Part shown: piece after piece, positions 1 through 10,512 of the stretch
How the letters are laid out: the number at the start of each line of letters is the position of its first letter
How positions within the stretch are numbered: position 1 is the first letter of the stretch
Source of the DNA: an uncultured virus (IMG/VR IMGVR_UViG_3300008050_000020)
Taxonomy: Duplodnaviria > Heunggongvirae > Uroviricota > Caudoviricetes
Direction: 5' to 3' (one strand)
DNA: 64,000 bases
IMG/VR virus record: IMGVR_UViG_3300008050_000020
The notes under the pieces: generated by a model
Told to the model about the DNA's origin: nothing
The model's database searches: none
Seen by the model: only the letters and a program-made list of their open reading frames with translations
Position numbers and translations under genes: made by a program

Positions 1-1
1 C

Positions 2-2110
2 ACTGCAAGAAACCTCATCCTCAGAAAGGGCATCTCTCCCGCCCAAGCAGGTCGCTTTGAATCCACTTATGCGTCCACTGAAGATTCGCTAAAGGGCCTC
101 CTTCCGAAGAGTCGCATGCGATCGTCTGGTACAGAGCTAGATCTACTGAAGCGCACACTGCTGGGCGAGATTCTAGACATTTCATCTGCTAGCGAGATCG
201 ATACAAACGAAAAAGTCCCCGTCACATCACAGCGCACATCACGATCAGCGACAGTTGTAGAGACGTTTCAACTCACATCGGGCGAGTTCAGCGGATTGGG
301 AAGTCGGTTTAGTCTCATGATCGGGGCTAAGAACGCGAGTGGCAACACAGTAGCATCAGCAGGCTGTCAAGTCGACTGCGTTGAGAAGGTCGGCGATTTT
401 CTCTTCCCTGGGACAGCAGATGAGCTACCTGGTGCGGGCAATGGCCTCAATCTTGGGTCAGCAATCACCGGCGTAGACCCAGATGATTTGGGAAGCGTTG
501 ACTCGAACATTTACAATGATCGAGAAGATCTCTTTGGTCCGCTTGCAAGCGAGGATCTTGTCGGCGATCAAGTGTTTAGTGGAATCTCTGACACATATGG
601 TGTGGACGTCCTGGGTGCAACGGACATTTACGAGATCTGGGTAAAGGGCAACAACGGGCCCACGTTCCCCTCTAACGAAGCTGTCTGGGTGCAGCTCGGA
701 GAAATGACAGCTGGTGGCATGTCTGAGATTCTCACGCAGAACTTCAGTATGGCAAACTACAACAACTATGCAGCAACCATGCAGGCTCGTTGGGTCATGA
801 TGGGATCTCGTTCCACTGAGTTTGCAGAGCTTGTTTTTCCTGGTGTCAACAACAATCTTGCATCGACGTCTTTCTTAATGGGACCCAAGCACTGTGCTGA
901 GCTCGACGTCAAGTTCAGCTCGGTATCAGCTTTTATCAAGACAGGAAGAATTGACATTCGAGTGGCAGGTCTCGAAACACCCGGCCCTGTCATGGTCGTG
1001 CGTCGTGATCTTACTCTGCACGAGCAGATTTTCACGCCGCTCAGCATTGATGAGCCTGTTCGTCTGCCAACAGAAGGGACTGGCCCTCTCATCTTTGAAG
1101 ACATCAACGTCAAAGACGATCACGTTTATGAGTATCGAGCCAAGGTCTTCACTCGTGAAGGCCGAGAGCTTATGACAACTGGTCTGGCTACTGTCACGTA
1201 CCAAGTGCTCAATGGCAATGCAGTTGAGATGACTTTGGGATCGCCCGAAGTTGACATCGACTCATCAGGCGATATCAATGTTTCATTCTCTCTCTTGGGC
1301 ACGGTGCCCAAGACTGGAGTGACAGCGCTCAATGATGTTCTTGAAGCAGGTGGCCTGGCAAAGTACTTTGAGACAGACATTCAAGCTGATCGCGAAAATC
1401 TATCAGATCTTCTTGCCTTTCATGTAGAGCGTGTTGATCTCAAGACGGGTGACGTCGAAAGCTTTGGTGTCATCACAGATCCAGAATTCTCTGACAAGAG
1501 TCTGCGCTCGACAAATAACGTCTCAACATTGAAAAGCGGACGCAAGTATCGCTATGTTGTCAGCGCGCTGCTTCGAACTCCCGATACTTTGCTCGATAGT
1601 GCTACACGAACTAAGATTGATCCGACATCAGGTAGAGAGTACTCGTTTAAGCCAAGTCGCTATCTCCGTCCCGCTACACTCAAGAGTGGTGCATTAGCTG
1701 CAACAAATGTCGTAGCAGGCACAGACGTAAGCGAAGAGTTTGCGGCAGGCTTCGCAGGTGTTCAGCGATTTATTGACATTTCAACTGATAGTCGGCTGCC
1801 TTCAATCGTGTCTGCTAGCGTTAGAGCAAACTCTCGTGGGCACAATGTTGTTCGCTGGAAGGTCAAGGGTAGCATGAATAAGATTGATCACTTCGTAATC
1901 GTTGCTACTAAGCTCGGAATGAAGACGATTATCGGCAGATCTCACAACATCTCGTCAAATGGCTCGTTTAAGCATGTAGACAAGAAGATGAGTAAGTGTG
2001 TCGGGCAGGTTACCTATCAGGTTGTCCCCATCTACAATGACTACACGCAAGGGTCTCCAGTTACTGCTGGTCGGATTGAGTCACTAAGCGAAGTCGCGGT
2101 GAAGAAGTAA
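2..2110 (+). CDS. Large hypothetical virion/baseplate-associated protein, 5' end outside window
   Basis: Frame is open from position 2 to TAA at 2110. Beta-rich, FnIII-like segments (e.g. YEYRAKVF, YRYVVSALL). Cotranscribed with downstream structural genes. Confidence 0.6.
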   Translation, partial: TARNLILRKGISPAQAGRFESTYASTEDSLKGLLPKSRMRSSGTELDLLKRTLLGEILDISSASEIDTNEKVPVTSQRTSRSATVVETFQLTSGEFSGLGSRFSLMIGAKNASGNTVASAGCQVDCVEKVGDFLFPGTADELPGAGNGLNLGSAITGVDPDDLGSVDSNIYNDREDLFGPLASEDLVGDQVFSGISDTYGVDVLGATDIYEIWVKGNNGPTFPSNEAVWVQLGEMTAGGMSEILTQNFSMANYNNYAATMQARWVMMGSRSTEFAELVFPGVNNNLASTSFLMGPKHCAELDVKFSSVSAFIKTGRIDIRVAGLETPGPVMVVRRDLTLHEQIFTPLSIDEPVRLPTEGTGPLIFEDINVKDDHVYEYRAKVFTREGRELMTTGLATVTYQVLNGNAVEMTLGSPEVDIDSSGDINVSFSLLGTVPKTGVTALNDVLEAGGLAKYFETDIQADRENLSDLLAFHVERVDLKTGDVESFGVITDPEFSDKSLRSTNNVSTLKSGRKYRYVVSALLRTPDTLLDSATRTKIDPTSGREYSFKPSRYLRPATLKSGALAATNVVAGTDVSEEFAAGFAGVQRFIDISTDSRLPSIVSASVRANSRGHNVVRWKVKGSMNKIDHFVIVATKLGMKTIIGRSHNISSNGSFKHVDKKMSKCVGQVTYQVVPIYNDYTQGSPVTAGRIESLSEVAVKK

Positions 2111-2112
2111 AG

Positions 2113-5100
2113 ATGGCACGTAGCGTCTCAAAGTCAAAGAATCAAATCATCACCAATGCGGTCTCGGGAGTGGGCTCGACGAGCACTAAGTCTCGAACTG
2201 CATTGTCTATTGCTACTGGCAAGTCCCCAGGGTCAGTGTCAGTATTGGGATTTTTGGGATCAGCCGCAGAAAAGCTAACCATTGACTCTCCTGAGGGCAT
2301 CGATGCACTTTTGTCTGAGCGAGCACTAAGCAGTCTTCGACCCGAACTCCTTTCCCTCTTCAGCTTTCTTCCAGTAAAGTCTGAGACTGACGAAGGAACA
2401 ACAGCGGGCCAGCTTTTTGATCTTCTTGTCACTGCGCGAAACCTCTGGACAGAAGACGTCCAGGCTCTGCAGGCAACACTATCTGAGATTGCAGTTTTTG
2501 ACGAGAGTCTTGAAAATCTGCAAGCTGAGTACGACGAAGAAGTTGCAAGCGTCCAGTCACAGCTTGAATTCTTGTCGAAGATCATGCTAACTGTCAATGA
2601 CATGAAGCGGTCGCTGGATTTGAAGCACAATTCTGATTCGCTGCAGGCAGCTGTTAAGCTTCTTCGGTCATCTCGAGGTGTTGAACTCCCGCCCGTCGGA
2701 CAGTTCAGTACCCCCGCTGGAATTTTGGGCTGTCAGCTTGGGTTCGAGAAGTCTAACGTCGAGGCATTTTCGAACACAAAATTTGTGGGACAGATTCTCG
2801 CGGATTTGGAGGCCTCACTTACCGCGTTCTCACCACAGCTCTTGGGAAGTTACGACTCTGATCGTAAGGATGACACAAGCCCGATCACAATTCTGACGAC
2901 CCTCTCGTCAGACGATGACTTCACATTCACCCCTTCATCAGTCAGATCACAGACTAGCAATTTGCTAACTCACCAGCTCGGCACTGGGGCACTTACAAAC
3001 AATCTTTTTGACCCCACAACCGACGCCGACTTCTCAAGTTTTCTTGACAGCCTACCAGCCGACGACGAGGATCGAATCAAGATTCTTATCGTTGCTCTTT
3101 CGAGAGAGCTCCGCATGTCGGCTGGCGTCAAGCTTATGACGGGTACATCTCTTGATGATGCCTACACAGTTGAATCAGGCAACTTGATGACAAGGATCAT
3201 CGGGAACCCGGGCGAAAAGATTACTGACGGAATCCCCAGCGAAGGATCCCTTGCTAGCATTAGTCGATTCCTCGACGCCGACGGCAATGTTATTTTGCCG
3301 CTTGAAAGTCGTGTCATCATTGATCCAGATGAGGAAAAGACGTTTGTTCCCGGGACAATCTTCCTGGTCGACAGAATCCTTCGAGGCTCTGATAAGTTCA
3401 AGACTAACGCGCTTGATGACTACGCATCAAGCGTCAAGTCTACTGTAGAGAACGGTTCATCGGCAATCGCAAAGTTGATGAACTTTGACGATGAGCATCG
3501 AACCCTTTACTACATCTCAGTCTTCAAAGACATTATGTCCTTTGTTGCGGACTCAATTGAAACGCTCGTAAAGGGTGCGTCAATCACCGAGGAGCAGGCG
3601 CTGGGTGCTGCCCTTCTAGTTGCTGCACAAACAGATCCGACTCTTAAGCGGCAGCTCTTCAATTATCTCGTCGCTATTCGTGCCGGCGGCTACGTGTCAT
3701 CTTCAACGTCTGATCCGTCGGGAGGCGGGACCAGTGGAGGCGGTTCTGGTGGCGGGCGCCGAGGCGGTCCGGGAGGACTACCTGGACTCGATGATTTCGG
3801 AGAAGCTGCAGCTGAAGCCGCAGCCGAAGCAGATGCGACCTCTACACGATCAAGAGGAAGCCGGAGCACCAATCCATCTAAGGCCATCTCAGCAGTGTCA
3901 GCAATTAAGTCAACTAAGAGCAGTCTAGGCAGCGCTGTAGCGTCAATGGTTGTTCGAGGAACACCCTCTTCCATCGAGCAGCGCGTTGAAACTCTCTTTG
4001 CAGAATCATTGACAACAGCCAGAGCTTTGGGTCACTCAAGGCAGACTTTGAGGCGAAGCAGCTCAGAGGCATCGAGAACGGTTACTCTTGCTGACGGTTC
4101 AATCACAGACATCCTGGACGCGGGATCATCAAATGACAATTTCATCTTCTCTAAGATGGCAGATTATGCTGACGAGCAGTTAGAGTCAGCAACCCGAATT
4201 GTTGCCGCAGGCAACTCACATCGCTATGATGACGATCAGACAAAGACGTCAACCGGGCTCACAAGAATGAACAGATTGTCAGATGATACTCTGCTTCTGC
4301 TTCTCTTTGAGACAGTCGTTTCATTCTATAGTGCATTCGTCGATGTCAAGTTCTCATCCGCATCTGATGGCGGCCAGGTTAAGATTTCTGTCAACAAGTC
4401 AAAGTGCAGCACAGTAAGAAGCAAGATGCTATCACTGGCCGAGCGAATCTCAGAGTCGAGCTATTTGAGTACGAAAACTGGGACATCACGATCATCACTA
4501 AGTTCGTCAGAGTCATATTCTGCTAAGTTGCAAGCTCTGGCTGAAGTTTTTGAAGCTGAGGAAGCTTTGATCAGAGATCAGGTCGACATGCTTCGAGCAA
4601 TTTCGTCAACGCTGAGCGCACAGGCGGCTACGACATCTTCTTTCTTTGGTTCGTCATCTTCTTCAACGACGGGCAAGAAGCTCACAGCCCTGCTGGAGAA
4701 TGCTGATGGTGACGCTCTCGTTGAAGGGTTGTCAAATATGCAAGTTACGTTGGGCTGGAAGGCTAGCGAAGATCTTCTGCTGTCATCAGACGACTCTCTA
4801 CTACCCGATGAAACTGTTCTGACTGACAGTGAAATTAATGCTGTTAAAGCACTCCTTCTCGAGGCACAATTTGTATCGCCAGCAGGAGACAATCTAAAGA
4901 TTCTGTCAGTAGGAATGCCTGCCGGCCTGCTGACGTCATTGCAGCATCCGACATTCACCGTGGGTGAAGATACAAGTATTGCATCCACATCAGCGGATCT
5001 TGTGACAGTCAAGGTTTATCGTCTTGATCCTGAGTTTGAGGACTTGGTTTTCAAGCCCATGGCGTTTGTTTTCGATATGTCTCGATTCGCCATGAATCGA

Positions 5101-6003
5101 GCAGCAATCGGAGAAGGAGTTACTCTAGATTCTGTGCTGTCGTCGGGCTATGGCCTTCGAGAGGTTAATCCCGAGGCAGGTTTGGGCTCGCTGGATATTG
5201 CCTCTACGATGTCCCAGCAGTCTGAGTACGAAGGGCTCACAGGTCAAGAGATTGAAAATCTCGTTCGCAATCACATTGTTCACGAGCTTCTTAGGCTCTA
5301 CGTCAAGATTCTCTCGGGTATGAACTTCGCGGAGTATACATTCCTTGTTGATGAAGGCTTGCTTGATGTGACGTATACCGACGCTGCTCTAGAGTTCTTC
5401 GAGACATTTCTGGAGAGCACCGACGTACCCTGTGTTAGTTCTACTGCGAGTAATTCGAATGTTGCACTCTATGTCAAGGGGCTGCAGGACGGCCTCTCTG
5501 CGAAAGATGCAATGGTTTACTCAATTCAGAACTCGTCAAGTCAAATTGCAGCAGCTGCAAAGGCATCAGCGAGCACCACAGCGAGCACCTCTTCATCATC
5601 TGGTACATGCGCGATGGACGCTCTGGCTGGAGCTGATAGTGAAGAGGTCGACGATGTTGACTCCACTGAAGAGGACAACGATCTGGATTCCGAACTCGTT
5701 GCTCGGTTTAAGCGGCTTATCTCGACGGTCTTCTTTAACAAGTCCGCACTCAGCGTAAGGGCAATGCAGACGAAGATGTTCGAGAGAACATTCATGCTGC
5801 CCGTCGATCCAGATGAATTCGTAATTGATGTTGATGAAACTTCATCAACTCGAGCAGGTAAGCGGTTGCTACGAAGCGCTGCGTTTAAGAACTGCACAGT
5901 TGAGACCGAAGATTCGAATGGCAACTCTGTTTTGAAGCTTGCTGGTCGAGAGACAGAGTTTTCTGAATTCTTCTCGGTCATTTCTTTGGGAGTTGATCTC
6001 TGA
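2113..6003 (+). CDS. Large Ser-rich hypothetical protein, probably virion-associated
   Basis: 1296-aa ORF tightly coupled to its neighbours (TGATG overlap at 6001-6005). Has Ser/Gly low-complexity linkers and no recognisable catalytic motif. Confidence 0.6.
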   Translation: MARSVSKSKNQIITNAVSGVGSTSTKSRTALSIATGKSPGSVSVLGFLGSAAEKLTIDSPEGIDALLSERALSSLRPELLSLFSFLPVKSETDEGTTAGQLFDLLVTARNLWTEDVQALQATLSEIAVFDESLENLQAEYDEEVASVQSQLEFLSKIMLTVNDMKRSLDLKHNSDSLQAAVKLLRSSRGVELPPVGQFSTPAGILGCQLGFEKSNVEAFSNTKFVGQILADLEASLTAFSPQLLGSYDSDRKDDTSPITILTTLSSDDDFTFTPSSVRSQTSNLLTHQLGTGALTNNLFDPTTDADFSSFLDSLPADDEDRIKILIVALSRELRMSAGVKLMTGTSLDDAYTVESGNLMTRIIGNPGEKITDGIPSEGSLASISRFLDADGNVILPLESRVIIDPDEEKTFVPGTIFLVDRILRGSDKFKTNALDDYASSVKSTVENGSSAIAKLMNFDDEHRTLYYISVFKDIMSFVADSIETLVKGASITEEQALGAALLVAAQTDPTLKRQLFNYLVAIRAGGYVSSSTSDPSGGGTSGGGSGGGRRGGPGGLPGLDDFGEAAAEAAAEADATSTRSRGSRSTNPSKAISAVSAIKSTKSSLGSAVASMVVRGTPSSIEQRVETLFAESLTTARALGHSRQTLRRSSSEASRTVTLADGSITDILDAGSSNDNFIFSKMADYADEQLESATRIVAAGNSHRYDDDQTKTSTGLTRMNRLSDDTLLLLLFETVVSFYSAFVDVKFSSASDGGQVKISVNKSKCSTVRSKMLSLAERISESSYLSTKTGTSRSSLSSSESYSAKLQALAEVFEAEEALIRDQVDMLRAISSTLSAQAATTSSFFGSSSSSTTGKKLTALLENADGDALVEGLSNMQVTLGWKASEDLLLSSDDSLLPDETVLTDSEINAVKALLLEAQFVSPAGDNLKILSVGMPAGLLTSLQHPTFTVGEDTSIASTSADLVTVKVYRLDPEFEDLVFKPMAFVFDMSRFAMNRAAIGEGVTLDSVLSSGYGLREVNPEAGLGSLDIASTMSQQSEYEGLTGQEIENLVRNHIVHELLRLYVKILSGMNFAEYTFLVDEGLLDVTYTDAALEFFETFLESTDVPCVSSTASNSNVALYVKGLQDGLSAKDAMVYSIQNSSSQIAAAAKASASTTASTSSSSGTCAMDALAGADSEEVDDVDSTEEDNDLDSELVARFKRLISTVFFNKSALSVRAMQTKMFERTFMLPVDPDEFVIDVDETSSTRAGKRLLRSAAFKNCTVETEDSNGNSVLKLAGRETEFSEFFSVISLGVDL

Positions 6004-7778
6004 TGTCCTCCATCTCTTACCCTTCACGAACTCTCAATGTAGTTGACATTCCCGAGGTCAGTAGCTACACTGCAGAGTTCCAGTACAACTTCTTTGCTGT
6101 CGATGAGAGCATCAATGACGAGGGCGGCAACTCTGGAGGCGTAGCGTCAGCTACTGAGCTTGTCAATCTCAAGGGGAGCACTCCCCGTTTCGTGAAGTTG
6201 ACCTGGTCTCCTGTCACGATTCAAGATTGCACCTCGCTGGTGGGTGCATTCTCACCTCGAAATGCCACCCCGCTGGGTGATCCAGACAAGCTTCTCACGA
6301 CAACTAATGTCCGCAAAATTCAGTCTGAGCTTGCATTTTCAAACTTTGATTTCGCCGCAATCAACTTCCAGGATACTGGCCTCGACGGCACACTCTTCAA
6401 GATGGTATCTGGCTCTCTAGGGCTGAGGGGTATCACGAGCGGCAGTTTGACAGAGGCAGCAAAAACACTCAATGATCTGACGTCGAATCGTGTTGACGGA
6501 AATGTTCTCATTGATGCGATCAATTCACTGTCAGCGTGCGGAGTTGAGTTTGCTGATTTTGACTTGACGCACCTGACTGAGAGGACAACCCTTCAGAAGT
6601 TGCGCGAAGTTGTTCTCCATACACAGGTCAGCAACAAGGTCATTGGAACTCTTGTCAACTCTGTTATCGACGACAGGTTGAACCTCTACGCAGACGAATT
6701 TGCTGATTTAGTTGCTGATGCCACTGCACTACAAGAGGCAGCCCGCGCTGGCCTTGACGCAACTTCAATGTCTTCACTTGATTACGACTCTGGGTTCACG
6801 CCCATTAAGATCGAGTCTGTAGATGAGACGGCGTCAGGAGTTGATTCAAGAGTTATCCAGGGCGTCGGCTATATCGTTGAAAAGAACGAGTACGTTGGCA
6901 AAATCACTATCCCGCATGATCCAGTTATCGTTGTTGGCCCCACAACGTCGATTGCTCTTGACACTCGCGTAAAGTACGGAAGCATTTATGGCTACACAGT
7001 TAAGGCTGTTGTAGCGGTTCGTCTTCCAATGGTGACAACGACTGGTGAGTCTGTTCTGGGAACAGGTCTTATTGCTTCGAGAGGTAGCACCGAGATTTTG
7101 GTGCAATGCACTGAGAACACGCCCCCGCCGCCTCCCGCAGACTTCAGGCCAGACTGGGACTTTGCGAACAATCAGCTTCGTCTTCTCTGGTCGTTTCCAG
7201 TCAACCCACAGCGAGACATCAAGCGATTCCAGATCTTTCGACGAAAGACCACTGATTTGCCATTTGAGCTGCTGGGCGAGTATGATTTTGACGATTCCCT
7301 CGAAAGGCTCCCGCGCAGTGAGAGAGTTCCAAAGCGATTCATCACTAAGATGATCAACAATCCACAGACCAAGTTTGTGGATTTGAACTTCGACAAAGAC
7401 TCGTCCCACATCTACGCGCTGTGCTGCATTGATGCTCACGGGCTAAGTTCAAATTACTCAATTCAGTATAGAGTGACTTTCGACCGCTTTGGCAACAATT
7501 TGAATCTAGAGATGGTCTCTCGTGCGGGAGCACCTAAGGCGCTTCCCAATCTCTACCTCCAGGAAAATGTCTTCGTCGACACCATGAAGACGTCTGGATT
7601 TGATCGAATGTCTATCTACTTTGATCCTGAGTACCTTGACGTAAAAGACGCCGACGGGAACGATCTTTCACTTCTGCCACTAAGCGACCCACGCGATGTC
7701 TACAAGATGCAGGTTATCAACACAGACATTCAAGAAGCAGAAGTTTTGACAATCAAGCTCAAGGACTTACGTTCCTGA
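6003..7778 (+). CDS. Hypothetical virion protein with FnIII-like C-terminal region
   Basis: 591-aa ORF. The segment PPPPPADF...LRLLWSFP...KRFQIFRR...HIYALCCIDAHGLSS has an FnIII-like pattern. Confidence 0.55.
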   Translation: MSSISYPSRTLNVVDIPEVSSYTAEFQYNFFAVDESINDEGGNSGGVASATELVNLKGSTPRFVKLTWSPVTIQDCTSLVGAFSPRNATPLGDPDKLLTTTNVRKIQSELAFSNFDFAAINFQDTGLDGTLFKMVSGSLGLRGITSGSLTEAAKTLNDLTSNRVDGNVLIDAINSLSACGVEFADFDLTHLTERTTLQKLREVVLHTQVSNKVIGTLVNSVIDDRLNLYADEFADLVADATALQEAARAGLDATSMSSLDYDSGFTPIKIESVDETASGVDSRVIQGVGYIVEKNEYVGKITIPHDPVIVVGPTTSIALDTRVKYGSIYGYTVKAVVAVRLPMVTTTGESVLGTGLIASRGSTEILVQCTENTPPPPPADFRPDWDFANNQLRLLWSFPVNPQRDIKRFQIFRRKTTDLPFELLGEYDFDDSLERLPRSERVPKRFITKMINNPQTKFVDLNFDKDSSHIYALCCIDAHGLSSNYSIQYRVTFDRFGNNLNLEMVSRAGAPKALPNLYLQENVFVDTMKTSGFDRMSIYFDPEYLDVKDADGNDLSLLPLSDPRDVYKMQVINTDIQEAEVLTIKLKDLRS

Positions 7779-7810
7779 GTCATCTCCTTTATCCGACTTG
7801 CAGTCGGGCA

Positions 7811-7818
7811 TATAGTTA
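7811..7818 (+). promoter_or_regulatory. Putative phage late promoter (TATAGTTA)
   Basis: Instance of the recurring intergenic nATAnnTA motif, upstream of GAGG and the ATG at 7841. Confidence 0.55.
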
Positions 7819-7840
7819 CTAGCCGACGTGAGGTAAGTTC

Positions 7841-8473
7841 ATGGTTGTCTACCTGATCACTAACAGCAATAGCGGAAAGCGCTACGTGGGAAAGACCACG
7901 AAGCTGCTTGATGTTCGCTGGCGTGGTCATGTAGCTACCAGCTTATCGTCTGACGTTCCGCTAGCACGTGCAATCAAGAAGCACGGCACAGACGCATTCA
8001 CTCGCGAGGTTCTCGAAGCATGTGACTCGCTGGACATGCTCAATGAGCGTGAGATCTTCTGGATCCAGAAGCTCGACACGTATCACGGCCGCGGCTACAA
8101 CGCCACACCAGGCGGAGACGGTAACGGAGCTCGCTTCGGCCCCGAGAATCACAACTTTGGGAAGGCATGGGGCAAGCTCGACTGGTCGACCGAAGAGCGA
8201 GCAGCAATGTCTGCTGCTCGCATGGGTAGAAATAATCCGATGTTTGGGCGAACCCACTCAATTGAGATTCGCAAGCGAATCTCCGAGTCAGGACGAGACC
8301 GTGCTGGTGTGTGTCGAAAGGTCAAGCAGTTCACACGCGATGGAAACTTCGTAGCTGAATATGTATCGATCGTGCGCGCAGCAGAAGCAATCGAAGGACG
8401 ATGTGCTGGAATCCGTCGGGTTCTAAGTGGCGAGCGTCCGTACTACTACAATTTTTCCTGGCAGTACGCGTAA
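7841..8473 (+). CDS. Free-standing GIY-YIG homing endonuclease with NUMOD3/NUMOD1-like DNA-binding domains
   Basis: N-terminal VVYLITN...KRYVGKT...RWRGH...REIFWI...GYN is a GIY-YIG catalytic domain. NNPMFGRTHS is NUMOD3-like. KVKQFTRDGNFVAEYVSI is NUMOD1/IENR1-like. Confidence 0.9.
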   Translation: MVVYLITNSNSGKRYVGKTTKLLDVRWRGHVATSLSSDVPLARAIKKHGTDAFTREVLEACDSLDMLNEREIFWIQKLDTYHGRGYNATPGGDGNGARFGPENHNFGKAWGKLDWSTEERAAMSAARMGRNNPMFGRTHSIEIRKRISESGRDRAGVCRKVKQFTRDGNFVAEYVSIVRAAEAIEGRCAGIRRVLSGERPYYYNFSWQYA

Positions 8474-8490
8474 GCGTCGGGTGGTGTGTC

Positions 8491-9213
8491 ATCGGTTTCC
8501 TCGATCATTCAACAAATAACATTCTTCTTGACTCGGTGCTTACCGATGTCGGCCGAGAGTTCTTGTCTAAGAATGACGGTTCTTTTTCAATCGTGAAGTT
8601 TGCTTTGTCAGATGACGAAGTAGACTACACTCTCATTCGAAAGTTTGGGCGCACGGTAGGTAAGGAGAAGATCGAGAAGAACACTCCCGTGTTTGAAGCG
8701 CTGACAAATCAGAATTTCGCACAGAAGTATCGATTGATTGCGCTCTCCAATCCTTCGCTCGTGCGTCTTCCGTCACTCACTCTCACGGGTGAGGGTCTAG
8801 ATTCGACGGGGGCTCTACTGTCAATGGGTCGCTCGGGAACAGGTAAGTCACGTCGAGTGATTCTCTCCCAGACAATCACTGCCGAAGACTCAATTGATGT
8901 TGAGCTGAGAGATCAGGCGTTCCTGGTTCGTCTTCCCAACGACCTCGTGCAGCTTTCTGGTATCTCACCAGACAACATTGATCAGGACAACATTGCTTCC
9001 TACCTCGTGACCAGAGATTCTACGACTACAGCAGTCGGAGGCTCTCAGCTCACGCTAGACGTGGAAGTCAAGTCTATTCCTGACAGACTCTTTACAATTC
9101 GAGGCCTCGTCACTGACAAGACGACGATTAGGGCCTTTCTTTCCATCATTGGATTGCAGTCTGGTGCATCGAAGGACTTTGAAGTCCAGATCAGCAAGAC
9201 CAGCGCAAGCTGA
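8491..9213 (+). CDS. Hypothetical virion protein (GFLD...ILLDSVLTDVGR...KFALSDDEVDY type); start uncertain, apparently ATC
   Basis: Protein-like sequence begins IGFLDHSTNN at 8491. There is no in-frame ATG/GTG/TTG between the endonuclease stop (8473) and this point. The ORF-track start at 8401 lies inside the endonuclease. Confidence 0.65.
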   Translation: MGFLDHSTNNILLDSVLTDVGREFLSKNDGSFSIVKFALSDDEVDYTLIRKFGRTVGKEKIEKNTPVFEALTNQNFAQKYRLIALSNPSLVRLPSLTLTGEGLDSTGALLSMGRSGTGKSRRVILSQTITAEDSIDVELRDQAFLVRLPNDLVQLSGISPDNIDQDNIASYLVTRDSTTTAVGGSQLTLDVEVKSIPDRLFTIRGLVTDKTTIRAFLSIIGLQSGASKDFEVQISKTSAS

Positions 9214-9225
9214 GAGGACGACTAG

Positions 9226-10479
9226 ATGGCAACTTTCAAGGAGCTTAGCGCTCAGGACATCAAGACCAGCCGTTCAGTATTGAACCAGCTGGTGGATGTT
9301 ATCCAGAACGACATCTCGGGATCAACGACTCGAAAGAGGTTCGAGGTCTTTGTGACGGGCGGTATTGGTCCAGGTGTAACATCTTCGATGTTCCAGACGA
9401 TCTACGATCAGGACTTCACACTACAAACAGCAAACCCAGTCTTTGATCTTACTGTCGGGTTGTGGTACTCAGGTAGCACCGTACAGGACGCTAAGACGGG
9501 TGATGACTCATCCGGAAAGATCCTGTTCCCTTCGTCGTCAATTCAGATGAGGGAGAAGACTGACATTTACCGACAGTTCGCTCAGCAGCTTCTGGGTAGT
9601 GCGACGGATTCGTTCTTCACACCTCACGGTGCTACAGACTCAGCCGATCGTGTCGATGAAGCAATGTTCGTTTGCTTTAAGCGTCTGTTTGCTCGAGATG
9701 CCATCAAGCGCGAAACTTTCGCCATGAAGTTCTACCAGTCGGCATCATGCACGATTGGTGCCTTTACACCTGCTGGAGGCGCTTGCCCAACTATTCAGGA
9801 GCCGAACATCAACAGAACGTCGGTTTCGGGCTCCACGATCTTCACGGACGTTGGCTCAGCTGCAAATCAGCTGGTGGCATTCGGTGGCGACGTCGGAAAC
9901 ATTGTCAACTCAGCTAACACGTCAGAGTATGCAGGCGTGCTCTTCTACGACCAGGGGATTGCCGTTTTCAACATGGCAACCATCATGTCGGGTACTCAGC
10001 ACGTCTCAGGTGCCATTGACGCACTAAATGCTTCTGCTCCCGCAGGTGATGTCGCTGCAGGTAAGATGGTTATCGGCGATGATAAGTCGGGCAACCCTAG
10101 CGCGACGTTCATCCCTGACTTGATGGTCTCAGCGTCAATCGATGACATTGTAGATCACTTGGCATCATGCAGATTCAGTTCGGGAACTTTGTCAGGCATC
10201 GTGTTCCAGAACAACACCAACATCAACAGCACGCTCATTTACTGCCGGGCCTCGGCTGACGAGTTTAACTACTCGTCGAACCCGTCGTACGTCGACTCTG
10301 ACAGTCGCATCATCGTTATCGATGAGGGGCAGGAAAACAACCAGCTTAGCTTCACGTTCCTTACGACCATTGGTCTGTATGACGCGAACAATAACTGTCT
10401 GGCTGTTGCTAAGCTGAGCCGTCCTGTTGAAAAGAACCCTGAAAAGGACATGACATTTAGAATTAGATTGGATTACTAA
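9226..10479 (+). CDS. Putative virion structural protein (tail/baseplate-associated)
   Basis: SD GAGGA upstream. C-terminus FNYSSNPS...TTIGLYDANNNCLAVAKLSRP resembles phage tail-collar/baseplate-type domains and is paralogous to the C-terminus of the next gene. Confidence 0.6.
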   Translation: MATFKELSAQDIKTSRSVLNQLVDVIQNDISGSTTRKRFEVFVTGGIGPGVTSSMFQTIYDQDFTLQTANPVFDLTVGLWYSGSTVQDAKTGDDSSGKILFPSSSIQMREKTDIYRQFAQQLLGSATDSFFTPHGATDSADRVDEAMFVCFKRLFARDAIKRETFAMKFYQSASCTIGAFTPAGGACPTIQEPNINRTSVSGSTIFTDVGSAANQLVAFGGDVGNIVNSANTSEYAGVLFYDQGIAVFNMATIMSGTQHVSGAIDALNASAPAGDVAAGKMVIGDDKSGNPSATFIPDLMVSASIDDIVDHLASCRFSSGTLSGIVFQNNTNINSTLIYCRASADEFNYSSNPSYVDSDSRIIVIDEGQENNQLSFTFLTTIGLYDANNNCLAVAKLSRPVEKNPEKDMTFRIRLDY

Positions 10480-10512
10480 GCCCAGCGCCAGCGGGTAGTC
10501 AAGGCGGGTAAA

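Noticed and set aside
8401..8490. ORF-track N-terminal extension of the 8491-9213 gene
   Set aside because: It overlaps the endonuclease 3' end in another frame and does not look protein-like.
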